Source: Eledone cirrhosa (lineage: Eukaryota). Taken from it: a stretch of DNA of 64,000 nt. The notes under the pieces are model-generated. The model ran no database searches. It was not told the origin of the DNA and saw only the letters and a list, made by a program, of their open reading frames with translations. Shown one piece after another: positions 1 to 13,400 of the stretch (position 1 is the stretch's first letter; the number at the start of each line of letters is the position of its first letter). Location of the stretch: positions 101,122,001 through 101,186,000 of the forward strand of contig OZ024744.1 in NCBI GenBank assembly GCA_964016885.1, written 5' to 3'. The translations under genes and the position numbers were made by a program.

Positions 1-3000
1 TCCCATTTGGTGTAAAGGTTAACACTAAAGTTATTGTATATAGTTCCTAATTTGGACAGAGACTGTTGTCAGCTCCCGTTTGGTGTAAAGGTTATCACTA
101 AAGTTATTGTATAGTTCCTAATTTGGACAGGGACTGTTGTCAGCTCCCATTTGGTGTAAAGGTTAACACTAAAGTTATTGTGTATAGTTCCTAATTTGGA
201 CAGAGACTGTTGTCAGCTCCCGTTTGGTGTAAAGGTTAACACTAAAGTTATTGTATATAGTTCCTAATTTGGACAGAGACAGTTGTCAGCTCCCATTTGG
301 TGTAAAGGTTAACACTAAAGTTATTGTATATAGTTCCTAATTTGGACAGAGACTGTTGTCAGCTCCCGTTTGGTGTAAAGGTTAACACTAAAGTTATTGT
401 ATATAGTTCCTAATTTGTACAGAGACAGTTGTCAGCTCCCATTTGGTGTAAAGGTTAACACTAAAGTTATTGTATATAGTTCCTAATTTGGACAGAGACT
501 GTTGTCAGCTCCCGTTTGGTGTAAAGGTTAACACTAAAGTTATTGTATATAGTTCCTAATTTGGACAGAGACAGTTGTCAGCTCCCATTTGGTGTAAAGG
601 TTAACACTAAAGTTATTGTATATAGTTACTAATTTGGACAGAGAGTGTTGTCAGCTCCCATTTGGTGTAAAGGTTAACACTAAAGTTATTATATATAGTT
701 CCTAATTTGGACAGGCACTGTTGTCAGCTCCCATTTGGTGTAAAGTTTAACACTAAAGTTATTGTATATAGTTCCTAATTTGGACAGAGACTGTTGTCAG
801 CTCCCATTTGGTGTAAAGGTTAACACTAAAGTTATTGTATATAGTTCCTAATTTGCACAGAGACTGTTGTCAGCTCCCATTTGGTGTAAAGCTTAACACT
901 AAAGTTATTGTATATAGTTCCTAATTTCGACAGGGACAGTTGTCAGTTCCCATTTGGTGTAAAGGTTAACACTAAAGTTATTATATATAGTTCCTAATTT
1001 GGACAGGGACTGTTGTCGGCTCCCATTTGGTGTAAAGGTTAACACTAAAGTTATTATATATAGTTCCTAATTTGGACAGGGACAGTTGTCAGCTCCCATT
1101 TGGTGTAAAGGTTAACACTAAAGTTATTATATATAGTTCCTAATTTGGACAGGGACTGTTGTCGGCTCCCATTTGGTGTAAAGGTTAACACTAAAGTTAT
1201 TGTATAGTTCCTAATTTGGACAGAGACTGTTGTCAGCTCACATTTGGTGTAAAGGTTAACACTAAAGTTATTGTATATAGTTCCTAATTTGGACAGGGAC
1301 AGTTGTCAGCTCACATTTGGTGTAAAGGTTAACACTAAAGTTATTGTATATAGTTTTTAATTTGGACAGGGATTGTTGTCAGCTCCCACTTGGTGTAAAG
1401 GTTAACACTAAAGTTATTGTATATAGTTCCTAATTTGGACAGGGACAGTTCTCAGCTCCCATTTGGTGTAAAGGTTAACACTAAAGTTATTGTATATAGT
1501 TCCTAATTTGGACAGGGACAGTTCTCAGCTCCCATTTGGTATAAAGGTTAACACTAAAGTTATTGTATATAGTTCCTAATTTGGACAGAGACTGTTGTCA
1601 ACTCCCATTTGGTGTAAAGGTTAACACTAAAGTTATTGTATATAGTTCCTAATTTGGACAGAGACTGTTGTCAACTCCCATTTGGTGTAAAGGTTAACAC
1701 TAAAGTTATTGTATATAGTTCCTAATTTGGACAGGGGTTGTTGTCAGCTCCCATTTTGTGTAAAGGTTAACACTAAAGTTATTGTATATAGTTCCTAATT
1801 TGAACAGGGACTGTTGTCAGCTCCCATTTGGTGTAAAGGTTAACACTAAAGTTATTGTATATAGTTCCTAATTTGGACAGGGACTGTTGTCAGCTCCCAT
1901 TTGGTGTAAAGGTTATCACTAAAGTTATCGTATATAGTTCATAATTTGCACAGAGACTGTTGTCAGCTCCCATTTGGTGTAAAGGTTAACCCTAAAGTTA
2001 TTGTATATAGTTCCTAATTTGGACAGAGACTGTTGTCAGCTCCCATTTGGTGTAAAGGTTAACACTAAAGTTATTGTATATAGTCCCTAATTTGGACAGA
2101 GACTGTTGTCAGCTCCCATTTGGTGTAAAGGTTAACACTAAAGTTATTGTATATAGTTCCTAATTTAGAGAGGGACTGTTGTCAGCTCCCATTTGGTGTA
2201 AAGGTTAACACTAAAGTTATTGTATATAGTTCCTAATTTGGACAGAGACAGTTGTCAGCTCCCATTTGGTGTAAAGGTTAACACTAAAGTTATTGTATAT
2301 AGTTACTAATTTGGACAGAGAGTGTTGTCAGCTCCCATTTGGTGTAAAGGTTAACACTAAAGTTATTATATATAGTTCCTAATTTGGACAGGCACTGTTG
2401 TCAGCTCCCATTTGGTGTAAAGTTTAACACTAAAGTTATTGTATATAGTTCCTAATTTGGACAGGGACTGTTGTCAGCTCACATTTGGTGTAAAGGTTAA
2501 CACTAAAGTTATTGTATATAGTTCCTAATTTGGACAGAGACTGTTGTCAGCTCCCATTTGGTGTAAAGGTTAACACTAAAGTTATTGTATATAGTTCCTA
2601 ATTTGGACAGAGACTGTTGTCAGCTCCCATTTGGTGTAAAGGTTAACACTAAAGTTATTGTATATAGTTCCTAATTTGGACAGAGACTGTTGTCAGCTCC
2701 CATTTGGTGTAAAGGTTAACACTAAAGTTATCGTATATAGTTCCTAATTTGGACAGAGACTGTTGTCAGCTCCCATTTACTGTAAAGGTTAACACTAAAG
2801 TTATTGTATATAGTTCCTAATTTGGACAGAGACAGTTGTCAGCTCCCATTTGGTGTAAAGGTTAACACTAAAGTTATCGTATATAGTTCCTAATTTGGAC
2901 AGAGACTGTTGTCAGCTCTCGTTTGGTGTAAAGGTTAACACTAAAGTTATTGTATATAGTTCCTAATTTGGACAGAGACAGTTGTCAGCTCCCATGTGGT

Positions 3001-4369
3001 GTAAAGGTTAACACTAAAGTTATTGTATATAGTTACTAATTTGGACAGAGAGTGTTGTCAGCTCCCATTTGGTGTAAAGGTTAACACTAAAGTTATTGTA
3101 TATAGTTACTAATTTGGACAGGGACTGTTGTCAGCTCCCATTTGGTGTAAAGGTTAACACTAAAGTTATTATATATAGTTCCTAATTTGGACAGAGACAG
3201 TTGTCAGCTCCCATTTGGTGTAAAGGTTAACACTAAAGTTATTGTATATAGTTCCTAATTTGGACAGGGACTGTTGTCAGCTCACATTTGGTGTAAAGGT
3301 TAACACTAAAGTTATTGTATATAGTTCCTAATTTGGACAGAGACTGTTGTCAGCTCCCATTTGGTGTAAAGGTTAACACTAAAGTTATTGTATATAGTTC
3401 CTAATTTGGACAGAGACAGTTGTCAGCTCCCATTTGGTGTAAAGGTTAACACTAAAGTTATTGTATATAGTTCATAATTTGGACAGGGACTGTTGTCAGC
3501 TCCCATTTGGTGTAAAGGTTAACACTAAAGTTATTGTATATAGTTCCTAATTTGGACAGGGACTGTTGTCAGTTCCCATTTGGTGTAAAGGTTAACACTA
3601 AAGTTATTGTATATAGTTCCTAATTTGGACAGGGACTGTTGTCAGTTCCCATTTGGTGTAAAGGTTAACACTAAAGTTATTGTATATAGTTCCTAATTTG
3701 GACAGGGACTGTTGTCAGTTCCCATTTGGTGTAAAGGTTAACACTAAAGTTATTGTATATAGTTCCTAATTTGCACAGAGACTGTTGTCAGGTCCCATTT
3801 GGTGTAAAGGTTAACACTAAAGTTATTGTATATAGTTCCTAATTTGGACAGAGACTGTTGTCAGCTCCCATTTGGTGTAAAGGTTAACACTAAAGTTATT
3901 GTATATAGTTCCTAATTTGGACAGAGACTGTTGTCAGCTCCCATTTGATGTAAAGGTTAACACTAAAGTTATTGTATATAGTTCCTAATTTCGACAGGGA
4001 CAGTTGTCAGTTCCCATTTGGTGTAAAGGTTAACACTAAAGTTATTGTATATAGTTCCTAATTTGGACAGGGACTGTTGTCAGCTCCCATTTGGTGTAAA
4101 GGTTAACACTAAAGTTATTGTATATAGTTCCTAATTTGGACAGAGACTGTTGTCAGCTCCCATTTGATGTAAAGGTTAACACTAAAGTTATTGTATATAG
4201 TTCCTAATTTCGACAGGGACAGTTGTCAGTTCCCATTTGGTGTAAAGGTTAACACTAAAGTTATTGTATATAGTTCCTAATTTGGACAGGGACTGTTGTC
4301 AGCTCCCAATTGGTGTAAAGGTTAACACTAAAGTTATTGTATATAGTTCCTAATTTGGACAGGGACTGT

Positions 4370-7310
4370 TGTCAGCTCCCATTTGGTGTAAAGGTTATCA
4401 CTAAAGTTATTGTATATAGTTCCTAATTTCGACAGGCACTATTATCAGCTCCCATTTGGTGTAAAGGTTAACACTAAAGTTATTGTATGTAGTTCCTAAT
4501 TTGGACAGAGATAGTTGTCAGCTCCCATTTGGTGTAAAGGTTAACACTAAAGTTATTGTATATAGTTCCTAATTTGGACACAGACAGTTGTCAGCTCCCA
4601 TTTGGTGTAAAGGTTAACACTAAAGTTATTGTATATAGTTCCTAATTTGGACAGCGACAGTTGTCAGCTCCCATTTGGTGTAAAGGTTAACACTAAAATT
4701 ATTGTATATAGTTCCTAATTTGGACAGAGACTGTTGTCAGCTCCCATTTGGTGTAAAGGTTAACACTAAAGTTATTGTATATAGTTCCTAATTTGGACAC
4801 GCACTATTATCAGCTCCCATTTGGTGTAAAGGTTAACACTAAAGTTATTGTATATAGTTCCTAATTTGGACAGGGACAGTTCTCAGCACCCATTTGGTGT
4901 AAAGGTTAACACTAAAGTTATTGTATATAGTTCCTAATTTAGACAGGGACTGTTGTCAGCTCCCATTTGTTGTAATGGTTAACACTAAAGTTATTGTATA
5001 TAGTTCCTAATTTGGACAGAGACTTGTCAGCTCCCATTTGGTGTAAAGCTTAACACTAAAGTTATTGTATAGTTCCTAATATGGACAGGGACTGTTGTCA
5101 GCTCCCATTTGGTGTAAAGGTTAACACTAAAATTATTGTATATAGTTCCTAATTTGGACAGGGACTGTTGTCAGCTCCCATTTGGTGTAAAGGTTAACAC
5201 TAAAGTTATTGTATATAGTTCCTAATTTGGACAGAGACAGTTGTCAGCTCCCATTTGGTGTAAAGGTTAACACTAAAGTTATTGTATATAGTTCCTAATT
5301 TGGACAGGGACTGTTGTCAGCTCCCATTTGGTGTATAGGTTAACACTAAAGTTATTGTATATAGTTCCTAATTTGGACAGCGATTATTGTCAGCTCCCCT
5401 TTGGTGTAAAGGTCAACAGTAAACTTATTGTATATAGTTCCTAATTTGGACAGGGACTGTTGTCAGCTCCCATTTGGTGTAAAGGTTAACACTAAAGTTA
5501 TTGTATATAGTTCCTAATTTGGACAGAGACTGTTGTCAGCTCCCATTTGGTGTAAAGGTTAACATTAAAGTTGTTGTATATAGTTCCTAATTTGGACAGG
5601 GACTGTTGTCAGCTCCCATTTGGTGTAAAGGTTAACACTAAAGTTATTGTATATAGTTCCTAATTTGGAAAGAGACTGTTGTCAGCTCCCATTTGGTGTA
5701 AAGGTTAACATTAAAGTTGTTGTATATAGTTCCTAATTTGGACAGGGACTGTTGTCAGCTCCCATTTGGTGTAAAGCTTAACACTAAAGTTATTGTATAG
5801 TTCCTAATATGGACAGGGACTGTTGTCAGCTCCCATTTGGTGTAAAGGTTAACACTAAAATTATTGTATATAGTTCCTAATTTGGACAGGGACTGTTGTC
5901 AGCTCCCATTTGGTGTAAAGGTTAACACTAAAGTTATTGTATATAGTTCCTAATTTGGACAGAGACAGTTGTCAGCTCCCATTTGGTGTAAAGGTTATCA
6001 CTAAAGTTATTGTATATAGTTCCTAATTTCGACAGGCACTATTATCAGCTCCCATTTGGTGTAAAGGTTAACACTAAAGTTATTGTATGTAGTTCCTAAT
6101 TTGGACAGAGATAGTTGTCAGCTCCCATTTGGTGTAAAGGTTAACACTAAAGTTATTGTATATAGTTCCTAATTTGGACACAGACAGTTGTCAGCTCCCA
6201 TTTGGTGTAAAGGTTAACACTAAAGTTATTGTATATAGTTCCTAATTTGGACAGCGACAGTTGTCAGCTCCCATTTGGTGTAAAGGTTAACACTAAAATT
6301 ATTGTATATAGTTCCTAATTTGGACAGAGACTGTTGTCAGCTCCCATTTGGTGTAAAGGTTAACACTAAAGTTATTGTATATAGTTCCTAATTTGGACAC
6401 GCACTATTATCAGCTCCCATTTGGTGTAAAGGTTAACACTAAAGTTATTGTATATAGTTCCTAATTTGGACAGGGACAGTTCTCAGCACCCATTTGGTGT
6501 AAAGGTTAACACTAAAGTTATTGTATATAGTTCCTAATTTAGACAGGGACTGTTGTCAGCTCCCATTTGTTGTAATGGTTAACACTAAAGTTATTGTATA
6601 TAGTTCCTAATTTGGACAGAGACTTGTCAGCTCCCATTTGGTGTAAAGCTTAACACTAAAGTTATTGTATAGTTCCTAATATGGACAGGGACTGTTGTCA
6701 GCTCCCATTTGGTGTAAAGGTTAACACTAAAATTATTGTATATAGTTCCTAATTTGGACAGGGACTGTTGTCAGCTCCCATTTGGTGTAAAGGTTAACAC
6801 TAAAGTTATTGTATATAGTTCCTAATTTGGACAGAGACAGTTGTCAGCTCCCATTTGGTGTAAAGGTTAACACTAAAGTTATTGTATATAGTTCCTAATT
6901 TGGACAGGGACTGTTGTCAGCTCCCATTTGGTGTATAGGTTAACACTAAAGTTATTGTATATAGTTCCTAATTTGGACAGCGATTATTGTCAGCTCCCCT
7001 TTGGTGTAAAGGTCAACAGTAAACTTATTGTATATAGTTCCTAATTTGGACAGGGACTGTTGTCAGCTCCCATTTGGTGTAAAGGTTAACACTAAAGTTA
7101 TTGTATATAGTTCCTAATTTGGACAGAGACTGTTGTCAGCTCCCATTTGGTGTAAAGGTTAACATTAAAGTTGTTGTATATAGTTCCTAATTTGGACAGG
7201 GACTGTTGTCAGCTCCCATTTGGTGTAAAGGTTAACACTAAAGTTATTGTATATAGTTCCTAATTTGGAAAGAGACTGTTGTCAGCTCCCATTTGGTGTA
7301 AAGGTTAACA
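4370..7310. repeat. Block duplication at 1,600-bp (22-monomer) offset: ~4370-5710 recurs at ~5970-7310
   Basis: Shared rare markers exactly 1600 apart: GACTTGTC 2-bp deletion (5021/6621), TGTAATGG (4971/6571), CGATTATTG...GGTCAACAGTAAAC (5381/6981). 22x73 minus 6 bp of deletions = 1600. Confidence 0.92.
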
Positions 7311-10300
7311 CTAAAGTTATTATATATAGTTCCTCATTTGGACAGGGACTGTTGTCAGCTCCCATTTGGTGTAAAGGTTAACACTAAAGTTATTGTATAT
7401 AGTTCCTAATTTGGACAGGGACAGTTGTCAGCTCCCATTTGGTGTAATGGTTTAACACTAAAGTCATTATATATAGTTCCTAATTTGGACAGGGACTGTT
7501 GTCAGCTCCCATTTTGTGTAAAGGTTAACACTAAAGTTATTGTATATAGTTCCTAATTTGGACAGGGACTGTTGTCAGCTCCCATTTGGTGTAGAAGTTT
7601 AACACTAAAGTCATTATATATAGTTCCTAGTTTGGACAGGGACTGTTGTCAGCTCCCATTTGGTGTAAAGGTTAACACTAAAGTTATTGTATATAGTTCC
7701 TAATTTGGACAGGGACTGTTGTCAGCTCCCATTTTGTGTAAAGGTTAACACTAAAGTTTTTGTATATAGTTCCTAATTTGGACAAAGACTGTTGTCAGCT
7801 CCCATCTGGTGTAAATGTTAACACTAAAGTTAGTCTATATAGTTCCTAATTTGGATAGGGACTGTTGTCAGCTCCCATTTGGTGTAAAGGTTAACACTAA
7901 AGTTATTGTATATAGTTCCTAATTTGGACAAAGACTGTTGTCAGCTCCCATCTGTTGTAAAGGTTAACACTAAAGTTATTGTATATAGTTCCTAATTTGG
8001 ACAGGGACTGTTGTCAGCTCCCATTTGGTGTAAAGGTTAACACTAAAGTTATTGTATATAGTTCCTAATTTGGACAGGGACTGTTGTCAGCTCCCATTTG
8101 GTGTAAAGGTTAACACTAAAGTTATTGTATATAGTTCCTAATTTGGACACAGACAGTTGTCAGCTCCCATTTGGTGTAAAGGTTAACACTAAAGTTATTG
8201 TATATAGTTCCTAATTTGGACAGCGACAGTTGTCAGCTCCCATTTGGTGTAAAGGTTAACACTAAAATTATTGTATATAGTTCCTAATTTGGACAGAGAC
8301 TGTTGTCAGCTCCCATTTGGTGTAAAGGTTAACACTAAAGTTATTGTATATAGTTCCTAATTTGGACAGGCACTATTATCAGCTCCCATTTGGTGTAAAG
8401 GTTAACACTAAAGTTATTGTATGTAGTTCCTAATTTGGACAGAGATAGTTGTCAGCTCCCATTTGGTGTAAAGGTTAACACTAAAGTTATTGTATATAGT
8501 TCCTAATTTGGACAAAGACTGTTGTCAGCTTCCATTTGGTGTAAAGGTTAACATTAAAGTTATTGTATATAGTTCCTAATTTGGACAGGGACAGTTCTCA
8601 GCACCCATTTGGTGTAAAGGTTAACACTAAAGTTATTGTATATAGTTCCTAATTTGGACAGGGACAGTTCTCAGCTCCCATTTGGTGTAAAGGTTAACAC
8701 TAAAGTTATTGTATATAGTTCCTAATTTGGACAGAGACTGTTGTCAACTCCCATTTGGTGTAAAGGTTAACACTAAAGTTATTGTATATAGTTCCTAATT
8801 TGGACAGAGACTGTTGTCAACTCCCATTTGGTGTAAAGGTTAACACTAAAGTTATTGTATATAGTTCCTAATTTGGACAGAGACTGTTGTCAGCTCCCAT
8901 TTGGTGTAAAGGTTAACACTAAAGTTATTGTATATAGTTCCTAATTTGGACAGGGGTTGTTGTCAGCTCCCATTTTGTGTAAAGGTAAACACTAAAGTTA
9001 TTGTATATAGTTCCTAATTTGGACAGGGACTGTTGTCAGCTCCCATTTGGTGTAAAGGTTAACACTAAAGTTATTGTATATAGTTCCTAATTTGGACAGG
9101 GACTGTTGTCAGCTCCCATTTGGTGTAAAGGTTATCACTAAAGTTATTGTATATAGTTCATAATTTGCACAGAGACTGTTGTCAGCTCCCATTTGGTGTA
9201 AAGGTTAACCCTAAAGTTATTGTATATAGTTCCTAATTTGGACAGAGACTGTTGTCAGCTCCCATTTGGTGTAAAGGTTAACACTAAAGTTATTGTATAT
9301 AGTCCCTAATTTGGACAGAGACTGTTGTCAGCTCCCATTTGGTGTAAAGGTTAACACTAAAGTTATTGTATATAGTTCCTAATTTAGAGAGGGACTGTTG
9401 TCAGCTCCCATTTGGTGTAAAGGTTAACACTAAAGTTATCGTATATAGTTCCTAATTTGGACAGAGACTGTTGTCAGCTCCCATTTACTGTAAAGGTTAA
9501 CACTAAAGTTATTGTATATAGTTACTAATTTGGACAGGGACAGTTGTCAGCTCCCATTTGGTGTAAAGGTTAACACTAAAGTTATTGTATATAGTTTCTA
9601 ATTTGGACAGAGACTGTTGTCAGCTCCCATTTGGTGTAAAGGTTAACACTAAAGTTATTGTATATAGTTCCTAATTTGGACAGAGACAGTTGTCAGCTCC
9701 CATTTGGTGTAAAGGTTAACACTAAAGTTATTGTATATAGTTTCTAATTTGGACAGAGACTGTTGTCAGCTCCCATTTGGTGTAAAGGTTAACACTAAAG
9801 TTATTGTATATAGTTCCTAATTTGGACAGAGACTGTTGTCAGCTCCCATTTGGTGTAAAGGTTAACACTAAAGTTATTGTATATAGTTTCTAATTTGGAC
9901 AGAGACTGTTGTCAGCTCCCATTTGGTGTAAAGGTTAACACTAAAGTTATTGTATATAGTTCCTAATTTGCACAGAGACTGTTGTCAGCTCCCATTTGGT
10001 GTAAAGGTTAACACTAAAGCTATTGTATATAGTTCCTAATTTGGACAGAGACTGTTATCAGCTCCCATTTGGTGTAAAGGTTAACACTAAAGTTATTGTA
10101 TATAGTTCCTAATTTGGGCAGGGACTGTTGTCAGCTCCCATTTGGTGTAAAGGTTAACACTAAAGTTATTGTATATAGTTCCTAATTTAGACAGGGACTG
10201 TTGTCAGCTCCCATTTGGTGTAAAGGTTAACACTAAAGTTATTGTATATAGTTCCTAATTTGGACAGGGACTGTTGTCAGCTCCCATTTGGTGTAAAGGT

Positions 10301-10439
10301 TATCACTAAAGTTATTGTGTATAGTTCCTAATTTGGACAGGGACAGTTGTCAACTCCCATTTGGTGTATAGGTTAACACTAAAGTTATTGTATATAGTTC
10401 CTAATTTGGACAGGCACTGTTGTCAGCTCCCATTTGGTG

Positions 10440-13400
10440 TAAAGGTTAACACTAAAGTTATTGTATATAGTTCCTAATTTGCACAGAGACTGTTGTCAGC
10501 TCCCATTTGGTGTAAAGGTTATCACTAAAGTTATTGTATATAGTTCCTAATTTGGACAAAGACTGTTGTCAGCTCCCATCTGTTGTAAAGGTTAACACTA
10601 AAGTTAGTCTATATAGTTCCTAATTTGGACAGGGACTGTTGTCAGCTCCCATTTGGTGTAAAGGTTAACACTAAAGTTATTGTATATAGTTCCTAATTTG
10701 GACAGGGACTGTTGTCAGCTCCCATTTGGTGTAAAGGTTAACACTAAAGTTATTGTATATAGTTCCTAATTTGGACAGAGACAGTTGTCAGCTCCCATTT
10801 GGTGTAAAGGTTAACACTAAAGTTATTGTATATAGTTCCTAATTTGGACAGCGACAGTTGTCAGCTCCCATTTGGTGTAAAGGTTAACACTAAAATTATT
10901 GTATATAGTTCCTAATTTGGACAGAGACTGTTGTCAGCTCCCATTTGGTGTAAAGGTTAACACTAAAGTTATTGTATATAGTTCCTAAGTTGGACAGGCA
11001 CTATTATCAGCTCCCATTTGGTGTAAAGGTTAACACTAAAGTTATTGTATGTAGTTCCTAATTTGGACAGAGATAGTTGTCAGCTCCCATTTGGTGTAAA
11101 GGTTAACACTAAAGTTATTGTATATAGTTCCTATTTTGGACAGAGACTGTTGTCAGCTCCCATTTGGTGTAAAGGTTAACACTAAAGTTATTGTATATAG
11201 TTCCTAATTTGGACAGGGATTGTTGTCAGCTCCCATATGGTGTAAAGGTTAACACTAAAGTTATTGTATATAGTTCCTAATTTGGACAGGGACAGTTGTC
11301 AGCTCCCATTTTGTGTAAAGGTTAACACTAAAGTTATTGTATATAGTTCCTAATTTAGAGAGGGACTGTTGTCAGCTCCCATTTGGTGTAAAGGTTAACA
11401 CTAAAGTTATCGTATATAGTTCCTAATTTGGACAGAGACTGTTGTCAGCTCCCATTTACTGTAAAGGTTAACTCTAAAGTTATTGTATATAGTTCCTAAT
11501 TTGGACAGGGACTGTTGTCAACTCCCATTTGGTGTAAAGGTTAACACTAAAGTTATTGTATATAGTTACTAATTTGGACAGTGACAGTTGTCAGCTCCCA
11601 TTTGGTGTAAAGGTTAACACTAAAGTTATTGTATATAGTCCCTAATTTGGACAGAGACTGTTGTCAGCTCCCATTTGGTGTAAAGGTTAACACTAAAGTT
11701 ATTGTATATAGTTCCTAATTTGGACAGAGACTGTTGTCAGCTCCCATTTGGTGTAAAGGTTAACACTAAAGTTATTGTATATAGTTCCTAATTTGGACAG
11801 AGACAGTTGTCAGCTCCCATTTGGTGTAAAGGTTAACACTAAAGTTATTGTATATAGTTCATAATTTGGACAGGGACTGTTGTCAGTTCCCATTTGGTGT
11901 AAAGGTTAACACTAAAGTTATTGTATATAGTTCCTAATTTGCACAGAGACTGTTGTCAGCTCCCATTTGGTGTAAAGGTTAACACTAAAGTTATTGTATA
12001 TAGTTCCTAATTTGGACAGAGACTGTTGTCAGCTCCCATTTGGTGTAAAGGTTAACACTAAAGTTATTGTATATAGTTCCTAATTTGGACAGAGACTGTT
12101 GTCAGCTCCCATTTGATGTAAAGGTTAACACTAAAGTTATTGTATATAGTTCCTAATTTCGACAGGGACAGTTGTCAGTTCCCATTTGGTGTAAAGGTTA
12201 ACACTAAAGTTATTGTATAAAGTTCCTAATTTGGACAGGGACTGTTGTCAGCTCCCATTTGGTGTAAAGGTTAACACTAAAGTTATTGTATATAGTTCCT
12301 AATTTGGACAGGGATTGTTGTCAGCTCCCATTTGGTGTAAAGGTTATCACTAAAGTTATTGTATATAGTTCCTAATTTTGACAGGGACAGTTGTCAGTTC
12401 CCATTTGGTGTAAAGGTTAACACTAAAGTTATTGTATATAGTTCATAATTTGGACAGGGACTGTTGTTAGTTCCCATTTGGTGTAAAGGTTAACACTAAA
12501 GTTATTGTATATAGTTCCTAATTTGGACAGGGACTGTTGTCAGCTCCCATTTGGTGTAAAGGTTAACACTAAAGTTATTGTATATAGTTCCTAATTTGCA
12601 CAGAGACAGTTGTCAGCTCCCATTTGGTGTAAAGGTTAACACTAAAGTTATTGTATATAGTTCCTAATTTGCACAGAGACTGTTGTCAGCTCCCATTTGG
12701 TGTAAAGGTTAACACTAAAGCTATTGTATATAGTTCCTAATTTGGACAGAGACTGTTATCAGCTCCCATTTGGTGTAAAGGTTAACACTAAAGTTATTGT
12801 ATATAGTTCCTAATTTCGACAGGGACAGTTGTCAGTTCCCATTTGGTGTAAAGGTTAACACTAAAGTTATTGTACATAGTTCCTAATTTGCACAGAGACT
12901 GTTGTCAGCTCCCATTTGGTGTAAAGGTTATCACTAAAGTTATTGTATATAGTTCCTAATTTGGACAAAGACTGTTGTCAGCTCCCATCTGTTGTAAAGG
13001 TTAACACTAAAGTTAGTCTATATAGTTCCTAATTTGGACAGGGACTGTTGTCAGCTCCCATTTGGTGTAAAGGTTAACACTAAAGTTATTGTATATAGTT
13101 CCTAATTTGGACAGGGACTGTTGTCAGCTCCCATTTGGTGTAAAGGTTAACACTAAAGTTATTGTATATAGTTCCTAATTTGGACAGAGACAGTTGTCAG
13201 CTCCCATTTGGTGTAAAGGTTAACACTAAAGTTATTGTATATAGTTCCTAATTTGGACAGCGACAGTTGTCAGCTCCCATTTGGTGTAAAGGTTAACACT
13301 AAAATTATTGTATATAGTTCCTAATTTGGACAGAGACTGTTGTCAGCTCCCATTTGGTGTAAAGGTTAACACTAAAGTTATTGTATATAGTTCCTAATTT

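Noticed and set aside
36-43. TATA-box promoter (GTATATAG)
   Set aside because: A short AT motif inside a satellite with no downstream gene gives no support for promoter function.
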